A stretch of DNA of 64,000 bases from Tagaea sp. (GCA_965279525.1 CBDIIB010000005.1:1184001-1248000); one strand, 5' to 3'; shown: positions 10,223 to 18,920, numbered from the stretch's first letter. Translations and numbers: made by a program. The notes: a model not told the origin generated them from the sequence alone.

Positions 10223-10447
10223 TTAATGCCGCCAGATTTGATTGAACTCCTGATCAAACCAAAGCTCGATGTCAAACACCGGTGACAAGGTGCTGCGGAA
10301 TGCTAGACAATCTGGATGATGCGTCTTCAGCCAAGATAGAAAATCCGAAAATCTAAGATCCTCGGTTTTGTGGGCATCAAGATCGGCATCCTTTCGCCAG
10401 ACGTGGCAAAGGCTTTTGACAAGGCTTTTGGCTTCGGATTTTTTCAC
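10223..10447 (-). CDS. Small hypothetical protein (74 aa) directly downstream of the AGS-C CD-NTase
   Basis: GTG at 10447 with GGAG just upstream, 20 bp after the CD-NTase stop. Protein-like sequence (KKSEAKSLVKSLCHVW...FSDFLSWLK...FRS...ELWFDQEFNQIWRH). Confidence 0.6.
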   Translation of the reverse strand: MKKSEAKSLVKSLCHVWRKDADLDAHKTEDLRFSDFLSWLKTHHPDCLAFRSTLSPVFDIELWFDQEFNQIWRH

Positions 10448-10467
10448 CCGGACTCCAAGGCAAATAT

Positions 10468-11877
10468 CTACCTTTTTGCGCGTATGATGCTGCGCCACCT
10501 GTTTTGAACAGCATTCCTGAGTGGCATAGAAACTCCGATGATTTGGACCGGAACACGGCGAAGCCCAATTAAAAATCCGTCCTTTCTGACCAGGCAGTCC
10601 ATATGGTGCGTTCCCTTGTAAGCCGTAGTGTCAGTAGTGACGATCCCCGGCTTATTTTCGTGGCCAAGATCGTTCTTGAGTTCGGCTTCAAGACCTTCGT
10701 TACGAACAATCCAGCTAACGGTACTGCCGGACGGTAACGCTCCCGAATTCAATAGTCGGAAGGTCAAAGTGCAATTCTTTGGAACGGAAACAATCCCGTT
10801 CACTCCTCGAATTCTTGGGCCTGCAGCATTATTACGAGGCGTCGCGATAACTTCAACCTCCGGTTTAAAAATCACCGCAGGTAGACCGGATTGCACGGAA
10901 ACCGGCACCCCCTTGGAGTCGATCTCGACAACCTCGGGAAATGGAAAGTGATGCGAAAAGACTTCCTGCCAGGCATCAGCAGCCTGCAATTCCGAACTGT
11001 GCCCTAGGGCTTGTTCCGCCAGGATTTCGAGCTTCGACAACTCGCCAACCAAGTCCTCCGTTTTGTCCACTCCCAGCCTGTTGAGGTCTTCGGCGGTATT
11101 TACCGGGTTTCTGACAGCGGGACTTCTGCTCAATTGCTCGGCAATTTCAGCGACGATATGTCGGAACGCATCGTCATCCTGCTCGAGACATTTGATGTCG
11201 GTTCTGGCGACAATCTGGGAGATCAGGACCGTGATCATGATCGAGGATGGCCTGACATCTTCGGCCAAACGGAGCGTCGCCCAGAGCTTGAGATATTTGA
11301 TGTGCCGACGAGCAATAGCGCGTTTTTCCGGCGCAAGGGTCTTCTTATACCAACGATAGACCGCCTTGGGATCGCTATCTTCCCAACCCTCAACTCCCGC
11401 CAGCATTACTGACAGGTCACTCTCGTAGCGAACGTAAACGGGAACGTCGATGTGGAAGTGGTTCTTATAGCGGATGCGAATGCATCTAGGCTTCACCTCG
11501 GCGTCACCAGGGATTTCATCCGGTATCGATTTGGCGAATCTTGTAATGCTTTTTCGCACCTCTTCCTTGAAATAAGCGTGATCCTTCAAACTTGCTTCAG
11601 CGCCCTTCTTGCAGATGAAGTAGAAGCCGAGATCGATGTCGAATTCTCCACTCATCCGAAGCGGTCGAATCTGAGTACGGAACTTGTAAGAACCCTGTAG
11701 CCAACTGTCAGTTTCATGCCCGGTTTGCCGGCTTAAATCGTCGACGAGAAACTCAGCAAGGTCGTTCCACCGCTCCATCTGTTCATCGAGCTGCTCTTGC
11801 GAGAGGGTGCATCGCCGATAAAGCGTCTGCTTCTCGGCATCGTTCGCGTCGTAGAACAGCCTGGAAGAGATGCCCAT
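10468..11877 (-). CDS. CBASS CD-NTase (SMODS) with C-terminal AGS-C domain
   Basis: QGSY...EFDIDLG, KPRCIRI, FHIDVPVY, SDPK, IKYLKLW. C-terminal VPKNCTLTF...WIVRNEG...DLGH...TAYKGTHHMDC is the AGS-C pattern. Confidence 0.88.
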   Translation of the reverse strand: MGISSRLFYDANDAEKQTLYRRCTLSQEQLDEQMERWNDLAEFLVDDLSRQTGHETDSWLQGSYKFRTQIRPLRMSGEFDIDLGFYFICKKGAEASLKDHAYFKEEVRKSITRFAKSIPDEIPGDAEVKPRCIRIRYKNHFHIDVPVYVRYESDLSVMLAGVEGWEDSDPKAVYRWYKKTLAPEKRAIARRHIKYLKLWATLRLAEDVRPSSIMITVLISQIVARTDIKCLEQDDDAFRHIVAEIAEQLSRSPAVRNPVNTAEDLNRLGVDKTEDLVGELSKLEILAEQALGHSSELQAADAWQEVFSHHFPFPEVVEIDSKGVPVSVQSGLPAVIFKPEVEVIATPRNNAAGPRIRGVNGIVSVPKNCTLTFRLLNSGALPSGSTVSWIVRNEGLEAELKNDLGHENKPGIVTTDTTAYKGTHHMDCLVRKDGFLIGLRRVPVQIIGVSMPLRNAVQNRWRSIIRAKR

Positions 11878-11915
11878 AACTGCGACCTTTCAGATCGAGT
11901 ATTCCGAAATCTTGT

Positions 11916-12578
11916 CTACTTCCAGAATGCCCATTTCGGATGCTTGGATTTCAGTATGGCATCGAGCTTTCCGCCACGTCTTTGGTCCGTGAAATATTCG
12001 CCACGAAGGAGCTCGTAGGCTGGCGAAACGATCTCTAATGCAGCCGCTCCCCGGTAGTTGTGGCCGGGATTCAGAACGCCCGGATTACGCTCATTGTTAT
12101 AAATGTAGTAGATGCGCCTCTGATCGTTTCCGACCTCGCGACGAGGCGAGACGAAGATCGTTTCAGAGATGGATTCTTCGGTTTTCAGAACAATCTTGAT
12201 ACTCAGCAAATTATGATTGATCGTCATATCGCAGTAGCGGGTCTCTTCGAATTGATTCGCTGATCCATTGGTTTGATTGGAATCTATCGCCCGACCATTT
12301 CCTGGCGGGATGCTGCGAACAAAGCGCAACTTGCCGGTCCAAATGCCTCCTATATACGGGAAGTAGGCCGCCTGAATACGTGGGCTCGTTTTCCAGACAT
12401 GGTGGGCGGCTATTCCAATGGCTACGAATGTCGCCACCGAGGCATAATAGAGCACGTAAAATGACACGTGCACGTTTGAATAGAATAGACTCAAGCCCTC
12501 GCTGATCGCATAAGATACAATCAGCGGAACACCGACGATCAGGTACACGGCAACACGAATAGGGAACAAATAAATCAT
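11916..12578 (-). CDS. S-2TM-beta (Cap15/OptE-like) membrane effector
   Basis: Two N-terminal hydrophobic helices, then FPYIGGIWTG, TEESIS, YYIYNN, RGAAAL, LRGEYFTD: the beta-barrel nucleotide-sensor pattern. Confidence 0.85.
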   Translation of the reverse strand: MIYLFPIRVAVYLIVGVPLIVSYAISEGLSLFYSNVHVSFYVLYYASVATFVAIGIAAHHVWKTSPRIQAAYFPYIGGIWTGKLRFVRSIPPGNGRAIDSNQTNGSANQFEETRYCDMTINHNLLSIKIVLKTEESISETIFVSPRREVGNDQRRIYYIYNNERNPGVLNPGHNYRGAAALEIVSPAYELLRGEYFTDQRRGGKLDAILKSKHPKWAFWK

Positions 12579-12617
12579 CGATCAGCCGCTAGACCTGTCG
12601 TTGAAAGGCATGAGAGC

Positions 12618-13061
12618 ATGGATCACGTCGACGGTATCTTTGTATCTTTGGCGAGAAATAAATCAAGCCAAATACCAATAATTGCATGCCTCTATACCGG
12701 CACCCAACTCCCGACAAGTTGCGAGCCGATGCTTAGGTCGCCGCCCCCTGCCGTAGGCGCCGAGCTTGACAACGCATTTCTTGAAAACTTTGAGGCCGCC
12801 ATCAGTAGAAATCCGTCGATTCATGATGGAGCGATCATGATCGGCCGGAGATCGGCGCGGGATAAGTACGCCATTCGTGGATGGTCCTACCGGCTATTCC
12901 CGCCTCCACTCCAATCGAAGGCGACCCCAAATCGGGGATCGGCATTCAATAGTTGCCTGGCGATGTCAGCAGTCCGCCGTGTCGACAGGATTTTTCTTCT
13001 CTCGAAAGGAGGATTAATCAAATTCGCTTCCGGGAAGTATAAAATTATATCAAATGGATAG
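12618..13061 (+). CDS. Stand-alone DisA_N/DAC-like (diadenylate cyclase fold) protein
   Basis: SIHDGAIMI matches the DAC HDGA catalytic motif. NRGSAFNSCLAMS sits where GTRHRAALGIS normally is, followed by D-x-hhhh-S and a terminal beta-hairpin with G. 147 aa, no TM or regulatory domain. Confidence 0.65.
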   Translation: MDHVDGIFVSLARNKSSQIPIIACLYTGTQLPTSCEPMLRSPPPAVGAELDNAFLENFEAAISRNPSIHDGAIMIGRRSARDKYAIRGWSYRLFPPPLQSKATPNRGSAFNSCLAMSAVRRVDRIFLLSKGGLIKFASGKYKIISNG

Positions 13062-13122
13062 TTAATTTCTGTTTTGTCCTTAGAGTTGAGCCGAAATTTC
13101 CTGATCCCAGAATCAAATCGAC

Positions 13123-14313
13123 TTAGCTTTTCATAGTTCTTCGGCTTACCTCGGACGACTGACCTAGATCGGTGGCGACTTTGATCAGTGCAGAAGATTT
13201 CGCTTCTGGTCGCATCGATTTGAAGATGACCCTGCCGCGTGAACGTCCCGGTGTAGATGCCGTATTTTGGTTATGTATAACCGCGGCTTGCATCGATATC
13301 CTGTTCCTCGTTCTGCTGGACAGATAAGCAGTGCCGTCGAGGTAAACGCGGGCGACGTGCTCGTACTCTCCGGGCAAATCCTTGCCGTCACGAAGTGCCC
13401 AGCTCTTCCAGAATCCTGCCTTTACACAAGCATCAATGAAGCGCCCTGGCCAATCGAGTAGGAGCGGTGCACACATTTCAGCAAGACGGATGCGATTCTC
13501 GACGTCGAGGGACTCGGCCTCAAGGGCGCCTGTTTGAAACTTCAATGGCGTTGGATCGGTTCCATAGACCGATGAAAGGGTATTTCTGAGAGATTGCGAT
13601 CTGGAACCGGTCGATACGACCCGAAGAATCTGGGAATAGACGGACAGCAAATCGACGGATCTGAAGCGAGATATGTTCGAAAACTGGGCGTGACTATTGG
13701 AGATCGCCGATTCGAGGTACGCTTGGAGATCGAGAACGACCGGCGAAACCGTCGGCGACCTCTGACGATCCAGTCGCCCCCCGCATGCGTGACACTGAAT
13801 GATCGAAGTCTTCAGTGGGTCGCCTCGATGGAATTCGACGGGATGTCCGCACGACTGGCACCTGTCGAGCATCGCGCGGCGATGGATCGTACAGGCGACC
13901 GTGAAGGCAAGCCGCCAGTTGAGGCGATAGTAGGGATCAGAATCGCTTGCCAGGCAGTGAGGGCAGAACTGTTGCCCATATCGCCTCCGGCTGCGATGGA
14001 AGACCCCGAGCCTGAGAAGATGCTTCGTCTTCCCGTTCGGGACGTGTTGATCAAAAACGCGGCCCGCGAGAGAGGAGATCGTCGTACCGTGCGCCGTGGC
14101 CGGCGAAACCCGATTTGCTTCGGCAAGCCTCTTCCAGATGATCGGGTTCGACAATCCGTCGATGTCGCGGTTCCAGATTGCGACGCCGCGCCACATGATC
14201 AATCCGAACGAATACGGCCTGAGGGCAAACCGATGCGAAATCCTGACCAACCATGAGGTGAGGGATTCGCCCTTCTCGGGAAGGGTTCGGTACTGGAATT
14301 CTCCACTATGCAC
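13123..14313 (-). CDS. tniQ: TniQ-family target-selection protein
   Basis: PEKGESLTSWLVR N-terminus; zinc fingers FCPHCL...WRL...CTIH, DRCQSCG, CHACG. Confidence 0.9.
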   Translation of the reverse strand: MHSGEFQYRTLPEKGESLTSWLVRISHRFALRPYSFGLIMWRGVAIWNRDIDGLSNPIIWKRLAEANRVSPATAHGTTISSLAGRVFDQHVPNGKTKHLLRLGVFHRSRRRYGQQFCPHCLASDSDPYYRLNWRLAFTVACTIHRRAMLDRCQSCGHPVEFHRGDPLKTSIIQCHACGGRLDRQRSPTVSPVVLDLQAYLESAISNSHAQFSNISRFRSVDLLSVYSQILRVVSTGSRSQSLRNTLSSVYGTDPTPLKFQTGALEAESLDVENRIRLAEMCAPLLLDWPGRFIDACVKAGFWKSWALRDGKDLPGEYEHVARVYLDGTAYLSSRTRNRISMQAAVIHNQNTASTPGRSRGRVIFKSMRPEAKSSALIKVATDLGQSSEVSRRTMKS

Positions 14314-14454
14314 GATCGCAACTCGGGCGAGGATGACGTCGGAACGTTAGTCAATACCGACAATCATCTAGGGCTGGATCGATCATTTCAATATTTGATG
14401 CCGATGCCTGATCGATCGGGCATCTATGGATATAACTTCAATTTCACAGGACCA

Positions 14455-14919
14455 CTAGATCTGCTCGATACGGGTGATCCGGTCGGGTGTCCCAAGCCAA
14501 AACCGCGTCCGCCGCGTTCCACAGATGGAGAAGAAGAGAGGGAGTGGACCGTGCTTCTTGATCGCCGTCTGCCAGGTAGACAAGTCGATCATTGACGGAA
14601 CTGGGTCAGCTTCAGGATGCGTGTGCCATTCGCCGACAAATGTCTCTTTCTGGCCGCTCTTGATCCATCTTCTGTCGGACAGATCAGCATGTGCCTTATC
14701 TTTCCGTTCGAACGAATATCGACGGCGAACGTCGCGCGACATCGGTTCCGTGCAATCGACAATTTCAAGATTTCGCGCGCGATAGGATCCCACGAATATT
14801 CCGCCAGCCTCGAGTTCGGCTTCAGCCGATCGCTGGTAACGGCGCATGCGAGTGATGATCCTGTGCGGAACCAACACGATCGGACCGTAATCGGCTCTCA
14901 GGGCAATCAACTCCGACAT
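14455..14919 (-). CDS. cap3: CBASS Cap3 JAB/JAMM isopeptidase
   Basis: EAGGIFVG and GEWHTHPEADPVPSMID (HxH-x7-S-x2-D); overlaps the Cap2 stop. Confidence 0.9.
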   Translation of the reverse strand: MSELIALRADYGPIVLVPHRIITRMRRYQRSAEAELEAGGIFVGSYRARNLEIVDCTEPMSRDVRRRYSFERKDKAHADLSDRRWIKSGQKETFVGEWHTHPEADPVPSMIDLSTWQTAIKKHGPLPLFFSICGTRRTRFWLGTPDRITRIEQI

Positions 14920-16583
14920 GCAGGGCAATTTTCGGCCGGCTTCACATTCCTGTCCTCGACAAGAAATGCCCGCGCTTCATCGAACGTCCGCACCCTGAAT
15001 CGATGTCCGATTTTCCGGTTCGCCCACCCCAAGCATATTTCAAGCGCCATTGACGCGGCTTGGGTAGAGCTTGAAACCGGGAACGGGATATATGGCGAGT
15101 CGCCACAGGACCGGTTGCGTACGAACTCGTCATTGTTCCTGGCTATTCGATAGCGCGGCGGACTGTTCAGGTCCGGCCTGAGACATTTGAAACAGGCTTG
15201 CTCCCGGCTGTCGCAGAATAGCGCCGCCGCGGCCCCTCCGCCGGCCGTGATCCATACATGCAGAACGGGCGGGAATTTGGGGCGGTTCTTCACGGCGTGT
15301 TCGTTGAGGGAAATGGAGAACGCTTCGGCGCCTGTCGCATCAATCACCAGATCGTAGTTGGAAAGCGAATCGAGCAATTTCAGTGCGTTCTCGGTGATCG
15401 GTCGGATTTTTACATAAGGAACGGTTCGCCGAAGATGATCGGCCAAGGCTATGGCTTTGAACTTCTCCACGTCCTCGATACCGAGGATGTGGCGGCCGAG
15501 ATTTGAGCTGGAAAACTGATCGTGGTCGACGAGCGTCAGCTCGCCTTTTGACCCAATACCGGCACCGCTCACAGCCAGGAATTGGGCAAGGTACCCACCG
15601 ATGGTGCCGCAACCGATAAGAAAGATCTTCTTGTCGGAGAGGTTTTGCATACCATGCAGGTTCCGCCCGAACACGTATTCGGCATCCACGGGATAGCCGG
15701 TGTAACGCCTAACTGGCGCCTTATCAGCATTCCGAGCCATGAAGAGCGGCAGTTGCCCCCGGCGTGATTTGAGGAATTCCGGGGTCTGCATGGATTTTGG
15801 TGACTCGATTCGCGCGAGAAACATGCCGTTCGATGCCTTCAGAGCAATCCACCAGAAATAGCCATCGCCAGACCTACAGATCCGTTGCCATTCCGATTCG
15901 ATGCCCGGGATATAGTCTTTCAGCCAGGTGAGAAGGCTCCCGAGGTTCTCTGGGGGCCAATTCGCATCGCCTACAACGGCGGTGACCACCTTGGCGGTTT
16001 GCAGGATATGGCACATCTCGGGCTTCAGCTTTGTTTGCCGCTTGGTAAGCGCGCCAGGCAGACCGTCCTTGTCGACGAGATACATCTGCATCGACTTCTT
16101 CGATCCTGCCTCGACATCGACCGACACGATAACGGCAGAGTTGCCAATATTCTTGTTGTCGACGTTCGTCAGGATCCGCTCGATAGACCAGTAGGCGGCA
16201 AACTCGGCGGCTACGTCGATATCGAACTTCCCGCCAATTGCTTTTTCCAGCGCTTCTTCGGCTCTCTTCAGGCAATAGAGGATCATTCCACCAGGATTGT
16301 ACCGATCAAGAACCTCACTACCCCTTTCGAGGTAGCAAAATTCCCGATCGCTTCCGAGATGGGGAAGGAGGCCATCGGGAATGCTTGCGCCTTCGGCGAC
16401 ATAGATTGTCGGGTGATTGACGAACTCGAGATCGTCCACCGCACAGAGAATGTCGACGTCTTTACTTGCGCAGCGAAGCTTGCCGGCATAGACCCGCCGG
16501 CCAGTTTGGCTGTTATCCCTCCTGAAACCCCGCTGACGAAATGCGTCGTCGACTAGGCCGAGCCGCGACGATTTATCCGAGAT
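14907..16583 (-). CDS. cap2: CBASS Cap2 E2-E1 (ThiF) ubiquitin-transferase-like protein
   Basis: E2-like LPHL...FCY, EFAAYW, ThiF GCGTIGG, SNLGRH, CFKC, SCG-x3-YIPF, CPAC. Start uncertain (see findings). Confidence 0.9.
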   Translation of the reverse strand: MSDKSSRLGLVDDAFRQRGFRRDNSQTGRRVYAGKLRCASKDVDILCAVDDLEFVNHPTIYVAEGASIPDGLLPHLGSDREFCYLERGSEVLDRYNPGGMILYCLKRAEEALEKAIGGKFDIDVAAEFAAYWSIERILTNVDNKNIGNSAVIVSVDVEAGSKKSMQMYLVDKDGLPGALTKRQTKLKPEMCHILQTAKVVTAVVGDANWPPENLGSLLTWLKDYIPGIESEWQRICRSGDGYFWWIALKASNGMFLARIESPKSMQTPEFLKSRRGQLPLFMARNADKAPVRRYTGYPVDAEYVFGRNLHGMQNLSDKKIFLIGCGTIGGYLAQFLAVSGAGIGSKGELTLVDHDQFSSSNLGRHILGIEDVEKFKAIALADHLRRTVPYVKIRPITENALKLLDSLSNYDLVIDATGAEAFSISLNEHAVKNRPKFPPVLHVWITAGGGAAAALFCDSREQACFKCLRPDLNSPPRYRIARNNDEFVRNRSCGDSPYIPFPVSSSTQAASMALEICLGWANRKIGHRFRVRTFDEARAFLVEDRNVKPAENCPACRS

Positions 16584-17733
16584 GCGAATTCTCCACCTTG
16601 CGCTGCGGCACCTTGATCGGGGGCGCCGACAAGACCGTCGCCGCGGCAGTTCCGACACCGACAAGGTCCGGCCGGATGGGGAACCGGTCGCCAAACAACT
16701 TTCTCATCTCCGAGACAGCATGATTGGCGTCGGCGCTGCTGCGAAGAATCGTGTCGAGACGCTCATGAAGATGAGCCGAGAGTTCGATAACCTTCGCCCT
16801 GGTCTCGGCCGGCAGCTTATCTTCGCGCGCAAGGTCTTCGCTCCGGTCGGCCGGGTTATCCAGCCGGCCCGAATACAGGGCCGACATCTTCGACGCGACA
16901 AGCGCCATAGCCTCGTCATCGCGAGTCGGAACGCGCCAGCGGCCAACTTCGTCGAACGCCCAGTAAACACACGCCATCAATGACAATGAGGAAACCTTGC
17001 TCAGTTCGTCGCGGTGATCACGCCACGCCTTGAGATATCGGCAGACACGACGAACGATCGGTCCATACACGGCCACGAAGTCTTCGAACCACTCATAGAT
17101 CTTGCGTGGGTCCGACGGGATCCAGTTTTCCGTGCGATGCGCCAGCAGCACCTTGTCAGACGGCAGGATCCTGACACCGTCTGCGCCAATCCGCAGGAAA
17201 GGAAACTCGTCCATCGAATCGGTCGTCAGGGCGCGCTGAGAGGCCAGCGCCTTCATCAACCCGAATTCACCGTCGGGAATCGTATAGAGCGGAACGTCGA
17301 TATGGGACGTTTTGTCGAGAACGACTCGGCAGCACGTCGGTTTGTTTCCGACGTATTCCCATCCCTCGTCATCCGCGAGCTTCTGCAAGGCGGCATCAGC
17401 GGCGCGGAAGAAGAGTCTGGACGTCTCGGCCGGCTGCTTGAGCTTAGCGAAGGTCAAGGGAATATAGCAGCCATCGTCGAGATCAATGTGCTGGGGCGGC
17501 ATCCGTTCGCCACGGTTGAGGGTTTCGTAGATGAAACTCCCCTGCGTGTTGAACTTCGGCGAGAATTCAAGATCCGCCTTCCTGATCGCGTCCTTGAAGG
17601 CCTTGGTCAGGAATGCCCTGATCTTGCGGCGTGCATCAAGGAGCTTCCCCCTTTCCTTCGAGGTGATATTGAGCTGCTGGAGCAGATCGTCCTTGTCGGG
17701 GGAGTTGTGTAGGAGTTTGCAAACGTTAGCCAC
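16573..17733 (-). CDS. CBASS CD-NTase, DncV/CdnA-like
   Basis: PKFNTQGSFIYETLN...QHIDLDDGCYIP, KPTCCRV, HIDVPLY, SDPRKI, CRYLKAWRD. C-terminal tail ends in Gly, as in Cap2 substrates. Confidence 0.92.
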   Translation of the reverse strand: MANVCKLLHNSPDKDDLLQQLNITSKERGKLLDARRKIRAFLTKAFKDAIRKADLEFSPKFNTQGSFIYETLNRGERMPPQHIDLDDGCYIPLTFAKLKQPAETSRLFFRAADAALQKLADDEGWEYVGNKPTCCRVVLDKTSHIDVPLYTIPDGEFGLMKALASQRALTTDSMDEFPFLRIGADGVRILPSDKVLLAHRTENWIPSDPRKIYEWFEDFVAVYGPIVRRVCRYLKAWRDHRDELSKVSSLSLMACVYWAFDEVGRWRVPTRDDEAMALVASKMSALYSGRLDNPADRSEDLAREDKLPAETRAKVIELSAHLHERLDTILRSSADANHAVSEMRKLFGDRFPIRPDLVGVGTAAATVLSAPPIKVPQRKVENSHLG

Positions 17734-17900
17734 GGCTACCTCGCATCAATTATAAGGTGAATTCATATAAGGCGCCGCTTATGCGGGGTTAGCGACTCGG
17801 CGACTTCGCCCGATTATATCATCCGCAAGAGTGGCAGCAAAAAATTGGAATCAGAGGTATCGTTCAATGGTCTCATCAACTTGAGCGGGCGCAAGGCCAT

Positions 17901-18902
17901 ATGACCTTTCAGATTCTCGCACTTTCCGGCGGCGGGTTCCGGGGGCTCTATACTGCCCACATCCTGGCCGAGCTCGAGAAGGCCGCCGGCAAGCCGCTCG
18001 CCAAGTGCTTTGATCTGCTTGCGGGCACATCGGTTGGAGGAATTCTGGCGCTTGGACTTTCGGCTGAGGTCCCCGCCGCGCAGATGCGAGACATGTTCGG
18101 CGAGCGCGGCAAAGCTATTTTTTCGAATCGGCCTCGCCCCAAAAACTGGCTCCAGATCGCGCTCGACTTCCGCAGGTCGTTTTGCAAGCCGAAGTACGAC
18201 GGGGTTGAACTCCGACGTACGATCGAATCGATGCTCGGAAAGGATACGCTGCTCGGCAATGCTAGGCATCGTGTCATCGTGCCGGCCGTCAACATGACGA
18301 AAGGCGCCATCCAGATATTCAAGACGCCGCATCACAATGCTTTTGTCGTCGATCATGCATTGCACATGACCGATATCGCGATGGCGACATCGGCGGCGCC
18401 TACTTATTTCCCAATGGCCTCCGTCAAGGATTCACTTTTTGTCGACGGCGGGATCTTCGCCAACGCGCCGGATTTCTGCGCCCTGCATGAAGCGCGATAC
18501 TATCTTGAGATCCCGCAAGAAGAGATCAGGATCATCAGCATCGGAACGACGACATCCGGCTATTCGCTGTCGCATACCAAAGGCGCGAACTACGGCGCGT
18601 TCAGATGGTTTTCTGGCGGGAGGCTGATCTCCACGACGATATCGGCCCAGCAACAGCTAACGGATTTCACCCTGAACCATCTGCTGGGTGATAGCTATCT
18701 GCGGCTGGATGAGCCGCAATCGCACGAACAGGCTGAAGATCTGGCACTGGATGTCGCGACGGACGCAGCCAAAAGCACGATTCTTGGCCTCGCCAATGCG
18801 ACCGTCCAGCGATCCATTGGGAGCGCGGCGATCAGGGGGATGTTGAATCATGCTGCCAGACCCCCGCGGTTCTATTTTGGGCCAAACGCATCCGCCGAAT
18901 GA
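17901..18902 (+). CDS. capV: Patatin-like phospholipase, CapV-like CBASS effector
   Basis: LSGGGFRG oxyanion loop, GTSVG nucleophile, SAAPTYF, DGG; adjacent (divergent) to the CD-NTase. Confidence 0.85.
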   Translation: MTFQILALSGGGFRGLYTAHILAELEKAAGKPLAKCFDLLAGTSVGGILALGLSAEVPAAQMRDMFGERGKAIFSNRPRPKNWLQIALDFRRSFCKPKYDGVELRRTIESMLGKDTLLGNARHRVIVPAVNMTKGAIQIFKTPHHNAFVVDHALHMTDIAMATSAAPTYFPMASVKDSLFVDGGIFANAPDFCALHEARYYLEIPQEEIRIISIGTTTSGYSLSHTKGANYGAFRWFSGGRLISTTISAQQQLTDFTLNHLLGDSYLRLDEPQSHEQAEDLALDVATDAAKSTILGLANATVQRSIGSAAIRGMLNHAARPPRFYFGPNASAE

Positions 18903-18920
18903 CGTTCGGCAAGTTCGTCG

